Origin: Clostridia bacterium
GTDB taxonomy: Bacteria > Bacillota > Clostridia > UBA1212 > DUPL01
Direction of reading: 5' to 3'
DNA length: 64,000 nucleotides
Assembly: GCA_050951325.1 (NCBI GenBank)
Contig: JBMNIW010000012.1
Coordinates: forward strand, 187,439-251,438
Below the pieces are notes generated by a model. It searched no databases, was not told the origin of the DNA, and saw nothing but the letters and a program-made list of their open reading frames with translations. The position numbers and the translations under genes are program-made. Shown here piece by piece: positions 56,234 through 64,000 of the stretch. Within the stretch, counting starts at the first letter, position 1. The number at the start of each line of letters is the position of its first letter.

Positions 56234-57442
56234 CTACACCTTTTTATACCAGTCCGCATATTTTGATGAGCAGGGCAGAGTTGCTTTTCCGTTTTCATCA
56301 GGAAAAGGCGACAGATCGTCATTTCTGCACTTATCCCTCTCTGCCTTGTTCCTAAAATCCGGTATTTTATACTCCGCTCCTCTTTCAAGCGAGCTTCTCC
56401 ATGCCAGAATTCCCACTGCAGACATGGAAACAGCCTTGTACACATCAAAGTATGGTTTGGTGCCTTCCTTGATATTATTCAGAAAATGATAGATCACCCA
56501 GAAGTCTCCTCCACCGTGACCTGCCTTTTCAGCAAGCTCCTTGTGGGAAGGCCATTCAGGCTGATATGTCCTTTCTGTCTCCTCTCCCTCTGGTGTGTTC
56601 CAGGGGTTGTACGCAAGCCTTACAAGATTTTGATTGCCCCTTATGGATTCTGCACCACCCTTTTCACAGGCAAGTCGATACCAGTTGCCATGCGGGCCAA
56701 AGCTAGCACTGCCGGTCACCCTGAACAAAGCACCATTATCCATTTCAACCAGCATAATGGAAACCATGTCACTTACCTTTCTTATACCTGTCTTTACAAG
56801 CATTTCATCAAAAAGCTCCGAGTGAACACTTTTTGCATTGACATAAACAGGCATGGTATCCGTTATCATCATCAAAGGAGCAAGGGAATGGGTAAGATAA
56901 TATGTGCGCGGCAGCCATGCCCTCCAATGCAGTGAATTTGGGGTCAGGTATTTTGCCTCATTTATGTTCATGGGATGAACATATTCGCCTTCAGCATAAA
57001 TGACTTTGCCCAGCGTGCCGCCTTTGTAGATTCTTTCAAGCTCCTGGTTGCACAGCATGTATGGATAGTTTTCTGCAAGAGCATAAATTGCACTTGAACG
57101 CTCCTGTGCTTCAACAAGCTCCACGCACTCCTTCAAAGTGCCTGCTGCAGTAGTTTCACTAAGTACATGGATTCCCTTGTCCAATGCCCTTACTGCATAG
57201 GGTGCATGTTCATGGAAGTAGTTGCACAAGATAACAGCATCCATTTCAAATTCAAAAAAATCATCCACATCAGTGAAAAACCGGGTGTCTTCCTCACACC
57301 ACTGCTTTACATGTTCCAGCATCTGTTCGTTCTTGTCGCATACTGCACAGCAATATGCCTCTTCCTTGAAATGCTTGAGAAGACTTATGAAAGACTGTCC
57401 TCTCCAGGCACCGAAAACACCTATCTTTATCCTCCTGTTCAT
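56234..57442 (-). CDS. Gfo/Idh/MocA-family oxidoreductase
   Basis: 'IKIGVFGAWRGQSFISLL' Rossmann N-term, ~400 aa. Confidence 0.7.
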   Translation of the reverse strand: MNRRIKIGVFGAWRGQSFISLLKHFKEEAYCCAVCDKNEQMLEHVKQWCEEDTRFFTDVDDFFEFEMDAVILCNYFHEHAPYAVRALDKGIHVLSETTAAGTLKECVELVEAQERSSAIYALAENYPYMLCNQELERIYKGGTLGKVIYAEGEYVHPMNINEAKYLTPNSLHWRAWLPRTYYLTHSLAPLMMITDTMPVYVNAKSVHSELFDEMLVKTGIRKVSDMVSIMLVEMDNGALFRVTGSASFGPHGNWYRLACEKGGAESIRGNQNLVRLAYNPWNTPEGEETERTYQPEWPSHKELAEKAGHGGGDFWVIYHFLNNIKEGTKPYFDVYKAVSMSAVGILAWRSSLERGAEYKIPDFRNKAERDKCRNDDLSPFPDENGKATLPCSSKYADWYKKV

Positions 57443-57503
57443 TTGTATCCTCCTCGCATTTTTTTACATTATACATCACAAGACCCAAAATTCAAGTCGG
57501 TAA

Positions 57504-58682
57504 CTAATATCCTTCCTCCACAAGTCTTGGACATTCTTCAAGATTTCTATAAGCTTTTATGTACTGCTTCATCCACAGATAATACTGATCCCCATGTCCG
57601 CCTTCCATTGGCTCAATATCACGGCTGTATTCCTGATTGTAGTTGTCAACGAATCTGGAGTTTCCAAATTCATCAAGAAACCTCTGTGCCGTCCACTCGT
57701 TCCACCATGTAATCGTGATGACCTTTGGCCTAAACTTGAATGCACGCTTCCATTGCTCATAGAAGAATATGCCATGATTTCTACCATGAGCCGTAGGCTC
57801 TGTCATATATGTCTCCTGGGTTGCCACACAAACGCACATTTGCTCAACATAGCCATCCTCGTCTTTCGATGGAACATTGGTTATATTCAAAAAACTCCAT
57901 TCAGACACGCCAGGCATCGGGTTAAGTCCACCCATCTTCCTAATTGTAAATTCTGCAGGCAGGTCACCAGGTATTCCTGTAACTAGATGCAAAGGTTTTC
58001 CTTCCCAGTAAACCCAGCAATCCTTGTACGTTTCATCCTTGTAAAACTCCTCATAGGTGTAATCCACCACACCCCATCCAATGTGTTCGTTTGCACCGCT
58101 CCAGAATACCATACAAGGGACTTTCTTTCCCTCTTTTCTCATCTCCTGCATTACTTCCAGGATTGCCTTGCACGGTATGGAGACAAACAGTTCCCAGTCA
58201 CCGCTCTCAACCCAACCGGGGTTTGCGTTCGTATTGTCGATGATTATAAAATCCACACCAGCTTCACCAAGCCAGACCATGTGCTGCCTGATGACATCCT
58301 TGTCATGACTTCTGTAGTAACCAAGAGCGGGCTTTCCCCAGTAGTGAAACTGGGTTACACCGCCCCACTCCTGCCTTCCTGCAAGTATTTCAGATATGTT
58401 GGGCGGATTCGGCTCATCATCACCCTGCCCTAGAATCTTCGTAAACCACGTCGAATAGCAGATGGATATTACATCCACCTTTTTCGTTATGTCCAGTCCA
58501 TACGGGACTTCCTTGTATCCTTTATACTTCTTCTTTAGGTGCTTTAACATTGCTTTTCTCATTGCCTCATGACTGTCACTATCCTGTTGACATCCAAGAA
58601 TGAACAAAACCATTACAACAACAAGTATAAGAGTTATTACTCTTAAGCCTCTTTTCAAGTTAATCACTCCTATCGAAATCAA
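57504..58682 (-). CDS. Putative glycoside-hydrolase-like (TIM-barrel) lipoprotein, family uncertain
   Basis: Lipobox 'FILGCQ'; conserved-looking blocks 'HYWGKP', 'FIIIDNTNANPGW', 'ITITWWNEW'. Confidence 0.35.
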   Translation of the reverse strand: MISIGVINLKRGLRVITLILVVVMVLFILGCQQDSDSHEAMRKAMLKHLKKKYKGYKEVPYGLDITKKVDVISICYSTWFTKILGQGDDEPNPPNISEILAGRQEWGGVTQFHYWGKPALGYYRSHDKDVIRQHMVWLGEAGVDFIIIDNTNANPGWVESGDWELFVSIPCKAILEVMQEMRKEGKKVPCMVFWSGANEHIGWGVVDYTYEEFYKDETYKDCWVYWEGKPLHLVTGIPGDLPAEFTIRKMGGLNPMPGVSEWSFLNITNVPSKDEDGYVEQMCVCVATQETYMTEPTAHGRNHGIFFYEQWKRAFKFRPKVITITWWNEWTAQRFLDEFGNSRFVDNYNQEYSRDIEPMEGGHGDQYYLWMKQYIKAYRNLEECPRLVEEGY

Positions 58683-58810
58683 TAACCCCTATGTCATATT
58701 ATCATATTTAAACTCTTTAAAATCAAGATAATATTTTTTAAACAGGTATTGACATTAACGTAGCGTAAAGGTGTAAACTATATTTGCACGGTACAAAGTG
58801 GGGTGATTTT

Positions 58811-59569
58811 ATGGAATATACCGTACAAAAACTTGGCCAGATGGCGGGAATCAGCTCAAGAACCATAAGATACTATGATGAAATCGGGCTTTTGAAGCCA
58901 AAGAGAATAAATTCATCAGGTTACAGAATTTACGGAGAAAGGGAAGTTGACCAGCTGCAGCAAATCCTTTTCTACAGGGAATTGGGCTTTAGCCTTGAAA
59001 GCATAATGGAGATTTTGGAGTCGCCTGGTTTTGATGATTTGAAAGCTTTAAAAGAACACAGGGAAAGGCTTGTTGAAAAAAGAAACCAAATTGACCTGCT
59101 TATCAATAATGTGGAGAAAACAATTTACTCAAAAGAAAGGGGAGTTAAAATGAAAGACAAAGAGAAGTTTGATGGTTTCAAGAAAGACCTGGTAAACGAA
59201 AACGAAAGAAAGTATGGTAAGGAAGCAAGAGAAAAGTACGGAAATGAAACTGTGGACAAATCCAATCAGATGTTTCTGAATATGTCCCAGGAAGAGTACG
59301 AGAGGTTCCAAAAGCTTACTGAAGAGGTTCAAAACCTCTTTGAACAGGCGTATAAAGAAGGTGGTCCCGATTCGCCAATTGCCCAAAAAGCCTGCGAAAA
59401 ACACAAGGAATGGCTTCTGTTCTCATGGCCAAGTTACTCAAAAGAAGCGCACAGAGGTGTTGCCCAGATGTATGTGGATGACGAAAGGTTTGCTGCGTAC
59501 TATGAGAAGAATATAAAAGGGTTAGCAACCTTCATGAGGGACGCCATATTCATCTACACCAGCAAATAA
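58811..59569 (+). CDS. MerR-family regulator with TipAS-like C-terminal effector domain (start ATG 58811)
   Basis: HTH 'YTVQKLGQMAGISSRTIRYYDEIGLL'; promoter with 19-bp spacer TTGACA-N19-TAAACT at 58763-58793. Confidence 0.75.
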   Translation: MEYTVQKLGQMAGISSRTIRYYDEIGLLKPKRINSSGYRIYGEREVDQLQQILFYRELGFSLESIMEILESPGFDDLKALKEHRERLVEKRNQIDLLINNVEKTIYSKERGVKMKDKEKFDGFKKDLVNENERKYGKEAREKYGNETVDKSNQMFLNMSQEEYERFQKLTEEVQNLFEQAYKEGGPDSPIAQKACEKHKEWLLFSWPSYSKEAHRGVAQMYVDDERFAAYYEKNIKGLATFMRDAIFIYTSK

Positions 59570-59577
59570 AACACAAA

Positions 59578-59600
59578 TAGCGGACTTTACGTCCGCTATT
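59578..59600. terminator. Bidirectional hairpin TAGCGGAC-ttta-GTCCGCTA
   Basis: Read directly between convergent genes. Confidence 0.5.
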
Positions 59601-59615
59601 CTGCTTCATCATTTA

Positions 59616-60239
59616 TTATCCACGTACTGGACTTCCACAATACTCGCACTCACTAACCACGCCTGCTGCAACAGCATTGTTCGCACCACAGCCAGAACAA
59701 CGCACTGTTACTACGTTCCTTGCATTAACAGGACGTGCTCCTTGCCCCTGTGGTCTTTGATCTTTTGCTACAACTATACGTCTTATATGATTTATATAAT
59801 AGCCATTAAGATACCCTTCGCTTATCATTTCCTGTAATTCTCTTATTACAACAACATAAGGGAGTCTTACAGTATTAGCAATAGCATCCACGTTGTAAAC
59901 ACTTTTGTTTTGTATAAGATCTATGTATTTAGTATATCTTGTAAATGCTTTCTTAACTTTGCGAACCTGATGCAATATTACAAAACCACCAACGAGAGTT
60001 GCAACAGCATATGGAAGTAAACCTATCTCATATTCACCCAACGGATTAGCAAAAAAGGCTAAAAAAGCAAGTAAGCCTATTATGATTAAAAACCATGCAA
60101 AAGCTGAATATACACCTGTTTTACCAGTCATCATTAATGATTTGTCATTCAGTTTCTTAATTAGCAAAACCAATCCCACAGGCCAAAAGCAAGCAAACCA
60201 GAATATAATCCAACCCCAACTTGTTCCTTTTTTGCTCAT
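59616..60239 (-). CDS. Membrane protein with C-terminal zinc ribbon (YdjG-like)
   Basis: TM helices then 'RCSGCGANN...CEYCGSPV'. Confidence 0.5.
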   Translation of the reverse strand: MSKKGTSWGWIIFWFACFWPVGLVLLIKKLNDKSLMMTGKTGVYSAFAWFLIIIGLLAFLAFFANPLGEYEIGLLPYAVATLVGGFVILHQVRKVKKAFTRYTKYIDLIQNKSVYNVDAIANTVRLPYVVVIRELQEMISEGYLNGYYINHIRRIVVAKDQRPQGQGARPVNARNVVTVRCSGCGANNAVAAGVVSECEYCGSPVRG

Positions 60240-60241
60240 GT

Positions 60242-60700
60242 TCAGAATCCTCCCCTTTTAGGCCTGTCATATTCTCCACTATCCAACTTCTTCTGTGTTT
60301 CCACATTTTTGTTTCGAATATGTTCTGAAGCAAGAAATATTATTATTGCTGTAATGATAAACAGCGAATGTATAATAACCTGAAGCAAAATAAAACCATT
60401 TAGATTTTTTTCAAAGGCCTTGCTGGCAATCAAACCGACAATAATAGCTGTTAAATATAACGTGGTTGCGGAAGAAAGACCAAATGAGTAAAAAACAGCA
60501 TTCCTACGCTTCTTTGGTAATAGAATAGTAATCGCCGCCAGCATTGAAACTGCAAGCGAAAACAACAATGACCCAAACCCCCAGTAACTAAGTGCAACCT
60601 TCTCAATATCTAATAGGAAAAAACCAGCAACTACAACCAAAACAACAATAGCAAAAATACAAACAGTTAATAAAATACCCCTATTCATTATCATCACCAT
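60242..60700 (-). CDS. Small polytopic membrane protein (YdjH-like position)
   Basis: 4 TM helices; overlaps upstream gene by 20 bp. Confidence 0.45.
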   Translation of the reverse strand: MVMIMNRGILLTVCIFAIVVLVVVAGFFLLDIEKVALSYWGFGSLLFSLAVSMLAAITILLPKKRRNAVFYSFGLSSATTLYLTAIIVGLIASKAFEKNLNGFILLQVIIHSLFIITAIIIFLASEHIRNKNVETQKKLDSGEYDRPKRGGF

Positions 60701-61904
60701 TCACTTTCCTACCACAATCAGGACAATACCTTAAGTTGTCATTTAGCTCAAAACCACAGGAAGAACATTTTTTTATCAGTACGTTACCACAATTGGTACA
60801 GAACCTTTGCTTGTCTTCAACCTTTTCGCCACATTTACTACAAAGCTTTATCAGCGTGTTTCCGCAATTACCACAGAACTTAATTCCCACGTTATTACTG
60901 GTTCCACATTTTGAACATTTAATCGTGTTCTTAGACGCACTTGTATCTTTGCCACAAGACGGGCAGAATCTATACTCAGTGTTGATTCGCTCGCGGCAAT
61001 GAGGGCATTCCTTTGTTTCTTTTGTATTTATATTCTTGCCAATATCACCAAAGGCTCCACCAACGTTGTTGCCAAGGCCAACGCCCATTCCCAGACCCAA
61101 TCCCGCTCCCATCACGCTTGCCGATGTCGAGCCAGGATTAGTTGCAGCACCTTCCAATGTATCGAAAGATCTCTCCTGTGTGTAGGAGTAACCGATTATA
61201 TCCATTTCAGCTTTCTTGGCCAATGCATCCTTCAGTTTTATAACTGCTGAATCGTCCTCAGGAACACTAATGTCATTCACATAAAAGTTAACCAGTTCTA
61301 TACCATAGTCATCAAACGTAGGTACTATGCTTCCCTTCAATGACTCGGATATTTCGCTAATATATGCATTTATCTCCAGCGCCGATATTTTTTTCATTAT
61401 AAGATATTCGGATATGCCGTCTTTAACTTCAGTCAGATAAGCGCCTCTGAAGTATCTTATCATGTCTTTGGCAGTAAAGGTATGTAACGTTCCCACAAGT
61501 TTTTTAAGAAATTTCTTGGCGTCCGTTATTCTTATTCCAAATTGCCCATGTGCCCTGACAGGTATAAAAACATTGTATTTGGGATCTTGCAACTGAATAG
61601 GTGTAGGTGTTCCCCATTTAACATCAAGAGTGTTTACTTTGTTCACAAACCATACTTCGGCAGTGAATGGAGACTTGCCTTTAAAGGGTAGATTTACAAG
61701 TTTACTCAATAGTGGAATGTTCGCCGTTTCCAAGGTGTGCCTTCCAGGGCCGAACCAATCCAATGCCTGTCCACCTTTGAACAAAATGGCTTCCTGCGAT
61801 TCATTTACGATCAACTGAGTCCATGTGCCCAGCTCCGTATCCGGATATTTCCACGCATAAATATCCGGCGAACCATCATACTTAACAACTTTTGCTACTG
61901 CCAT
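60681..61904 (-). CDS. SPFH/band-7 domain protein with four C-terminal CxxC...CxxC zinc-ribbon repeats (YdjI-like)
   Basis: SPFH-like N-domain; 'CPHCRER...FCPSCG', 'CSKCGTS...FCGNCG', 'CSKCGEK...FCTNCG', 'CSSCGFE...YCPDCG'. Confidence 0.6.
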   Translation of the reverse strand: MAVAKVVKYDGSPDIYAWKYPDTELGTWTQLIVNESQEAILFKGGQALDWFGPGRHTLETANIPLLSKLVNLPFKGKSPFTAEVWFVNKVNTLDVKWGTPTPIQLQDPKYNVFIPVRAHGQFGIRITDAKKFLKKLVGTLHTFTAKDMIRYFRGAYLTEVKDGISEYLIMKKISALEINAYISEISESLKGSIVPTFDDYGIELVNFYVNDISVPEDDSAVIKLKDALAKKAEMDIIGYSYTQERSFDTLEGAATNPGSTSASVMGAGLGLGMGVGLGNNVGGAFGDIGKNINTKETKECPHCRERINTEYRFCPSCGKDTSASKNTIKCSKCGTSNNVGIKFCGNCGNTLIKLCSKCGEKVEDKQRFCTNCGNVLIKKCSSCGFELNDNLRYCPDCGRKVNGDDNE

Positions 61905-62023
61905 TATTGCGTCACCTCTGCATCATATATTCTCTCATCTCTGTTGTCAGGATGATGACTGTTTACTTTACCCATACTAGCATAATATTAACAGGAACGC
62001 AATATATTGTTCATGGGATATCC

Positions 62024-64000
62024 TCAGTTTGTGCCAAATACTTTTAGCTCAAATATCGATATCCCGTATGGAGTTGCAAAATCCAGGGAAGTTATTCTCG
62101 CATAGCGACCCCTTCCATTTACAGTTATATAATCAAGACCAGCTTTCGTATCCTTTCTCTCTGTAATTTTTGTCCACACCTCTCCATCATCCGACAATTC
62201 AATGATATAAGTATTGGGACATGCCGTCTCCCAGTAAACACAAACAGCATCTATATTGTAACTATCCTCAAGGTCAACAATAACCCACTCCATTCCATTT
62301 GATCTGGCGGTGTCAACGCTTGCCCATCTTGTACTGCGTAAACCATCTACAATATGTGAAGCAGGCCAGATTTCTTCATCATATGCCGATGAGACTGTCA
62401 CCTTTTTATTAAACGCCAGGTTGTCAGGCAGGAGTTCTCCGAAAACATTAATATCTGAGTGTTCTGTAATGTTATCTGCAAATATTCTCACAAACCTTGC
62501 AGGTTCGTTTTGCTCGGACCAATTTGTTGCATTTAATGAAAATTCCACCCTTCGAATTTTGGCTCCCGCTTCAACTCTGTCTATTTTATAAATCTGCCCC
62601 AGGTCTATTTCAACATACCCCTTATTATAATTCCTGCTTATATACTCAATCTTCTTGTAAATATCAATTTGAGTCTTTACTCCTGTATATCCTGGAGCAT
62701 GGCCCACCATATTCATAATCTTTTTGAATTGTCCGTAGTATTCGACAATTCTTTCGGAACCCCAGTTCTTCTGAGCAAGAGCTCTGTAAATTGCATAAAG
62801 AGATGTGTAAAGTTCCTCTTCCGTTTCACTATCCGGCTTATCGCACCAAAGCTGTATCTTGGCACCCACATTCTTAGGTTCGTCCTTGAGCATTTCATAG
62901 TTGACAAATATATATGGGTCAAAGTTTTCATAAATATCGTCGGGTTTGGCACTTGCCCAGTCGACGCCTAGTACATAGTACAGTTTGCTTGTATTTGAGT
63001 TGCCTACTGTATAACCCATTTTGATAAGATTTGATGCAGAATAAGTTTTGGAATTGGTAAGCCATACATCCAGAACTATGTCTGTATCAACCTTTATAGT
63101 GCCGTACGGTCCCAGACCGTCATTCCAGATGCGCGTTGTTTTTCCATGCTTCTTTACTATCCCGTTTGCAAAGTTTATAAATCCGTAGTAAGCGTCTATT
63201 GCCTTTGCCTTGCTGCCGTATTTCTCTTTTGCGTAAGCTTCAAGTTTCGGATAGTTTGAATACTCATCAATAGGTATGTACTCATCAGCCCCTATGTGAA
63301 AGTATTCTCCTTCAAACATGGGAACAAACTCATTCAGAAGATTTTCCACAAATTCATACACTTCAGGGTTGGTCAAATCTATTCTTGTATGATTGTAATT
63401 CCCGTTTTTATCTTCAAGCTGCCACTCAGGATAAACTTTTGTAACAGATGCCATGTGTCCGGGCATCTCAATCTCAGGTATCACAGTTATATTGTATCTT
63501 TTGGCAAACTCTATTATCTCCTTTATTTCTTTCTTGGTATAATGTTTGTCCGATACAATCTCAGGATAACTCTCGCACTCAATCCTGAAAGCTTCATTAT
63601 CGGTAAGGTGAAGGTATAAATAATTGTATTTTAGATATGACAGCTCCCTTATATGGTTCATAATATACTCCACAGAAAAGTACTTTCTTGCCACATCAAT
63701 CATGGAGCTTCTTTCCCTGTATTCAGGATAATCTACAACTGTCATTTCCTTTAAAATATAGCCTTGGTTCAGCCACTGAAGCAAGGTGCGGGTTCCCCAG
63801 AACACTCCCTTTTCCGAGTTGCCGCATATCTTGATGTAATTCTTCCGAACTTCAATGACATATCCTTCCTCTCCAATGTCGTCCCTGTCACAGTCAAGCG
63901 TCAGGAATATATTGCCTTTGCCCGGATGAGTTCCTGGTGCTGCCTGCATATAATATCCGCACAGAAGCTCCAAATCTTCTGCAAATACCTTTGCCTTCTC
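62024..64000 (-). CDS. GH20 beta-N-acetylhexosaminidase with C-terminal F5/8-type-C (discoidin/CBM32-like) domain; 5' end beyond window
   Basis: 'HIGADEY' (GH20 H-x-G-G-D-E region), 'PEIEMPGH'; C-term 'TVSSAYDEEIWPASHIVDGLRSTRWAS' discoidin; frame open to 64000. Confidence 0.75.
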   Translation of the reverse strand, partial: EKAKVFAEDLELLCGYYMQAAPGTHPGKGNIFLTLDCDRDDIGEEGYVIEVRKNYIKICGNSEKGVFWGTRTLLQWLNQGYILKEMTVVDYPEYRERSSMIDVARKYFSVEYIMNHIRELSYLKYNYLYLHLTDNEAFRIECESYPEIVSDKHYTKKEIKEIIEFAKRYNITVIPEIEMPGHMASVTKVYPEWQLEDKNGNYNHTRIDLTNPEVYEFVENLLNEFVPMFEGEYFHIGADEYIPIDEYSNYPKLEAYAKEKYGSKAKAIDAYYGFINFANGIVKKHGKTTRIWNDGLGPYGTIKVDTDIVLDVWLTNSKTYSASNLIKMGYTVGNSNTSKLYYVLGVDWASAKPDDIYENFDPYIFVNYEMLKDEPKNVGAKIQLWCDKPDSETEEELYTSLYAIYRALAQKNWGSERIVEYYGQFKKIMNMVGHAPGYTGVKTQIDIYKKIEYISRNYNKGYVEIDLGQIYKIDRVEAGAKIRRVEFSLNATNWSEQNEPARFVRIFADNITEHSDINVFGELLPDNLAFNKKVTVSSAYDEEIWPASHIVDGLRSTRWASVDTARSNGMEWVIVDLEDSYNIDAVCVYWETACPNTYIIELSDDGEVWTKITERKDTKAGLDYITVNGRGRYARITSLDFATPYGISIFELKVFGTN

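Noticed and set aside
1-64000. CRISPR arrays, tRNA/rRNA genes, prophage or integrase genes
   Set aside because: No regularly spaced direct repeats with unique spacers were seen. No tRNA-like cloverleaf regions or rRNA-like stretches were seen. No integrase, recombinase or phage structural genes were seen.

Overview
This is a 64-kb window from a low-GC Firmicute of the Clostridia type. Codon usage is AT-rich, and the window carries an [FeFe]-hydrogenase gene, a type IV pilus operon, a ytrA-like GntR/ABC operon and dockerin and cohesin modules. No rRNA, tRNA or CRISPR array is visible. From left to right:

- **1..1913:** a partial DMT-type membrane transporter, then a LacI-family repressor.
- **2073..6826 (- strand):** an operon of a GH36-like alpha-galactosidase lipoprotein and two surface proteins with duplicated NPCBM (CBM51-like) modules. 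Two LacI-type palindromic operators lie in its promoter region.
- **7214..17395 (- strand):** a large surface-protein operon. It encodes an 8x PPC-repeat protein and a 1302-aa vWA / Listeria-Bacteroides-repeat / Big_2 / cohesin-like / dockerin protein. It also encodes an ~850-aa cohesin-like / Big_2 / Cys-rich / Ig-like / dockerin protein, a stand-alone cohesin protein and a cadherin-like membrane-anchored protein. Several gene junctions in it are anomalous.
- **17.4..23.0 kb:** an insertion-sequence cluster. It contains an IS4-like fragment, an IS21 istA/istB pair with a tightly coupled ParB-like gene, and a split IS1634-family transposase remnant.
- **23.3..25.3 kb:** an operon of a thioredoxin-like [2Fe-2S] ferredoxin and an [FeFe]-hydrogenase-like protein, with a Rex-like operator.
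- **25.2..35.1 kb:** sugar-metabolism genes (two PfkB-family sugar kinases, one of them KdgK, a KDPG aldolase, a cupin isomerase, a GH78-like rhamnosidase and an amidohydrolase), a thiamine pyrophosphokinase gene and a flotillin (floT)-nfeD pair.
- **35.2..40.7 kb:** a type IV pilus operon in the order pilA-pilC-pilM-pilN-pilO-pilB.
- **41.0..44.5 kb:** an IS1634-family element and an ISLre2-family transposase.
- **45.2..58.7 kb:** a GT4 glycosyltransferase, acyltransferase and cytoplasmic Cys-type sulfatase operon; a ytrA-like GntR/ABC operon; an aldo/keto reductase, a DedA protein and Gfo/Idh/MocA oxidoreductases; a tandem zinc-ribbon/CD225 pair followed by a DUF2752 protein; an ABC exporter; and a putative glycoside-hydrolase-like lipoprotein.
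- **58.8..64.0 kb:** a MerR/TipAS-type regulator, an SPFH/zinc-ribbon membrane cluster resembling ydjGHI, and a GH20 hexosaminidase with a discoidin domain that is cut by the window edge.

The most interesting material is the non-cellulosomal cohesin-dockerin surface-protein operon, the gene disruptions and IS insertions around it, the variant hydrogenase with its Rex-like site, and the two SPFH systems. The frameshifted CD225 pair and the glycolipid-gene/sulfatase operon are also worth a second look.
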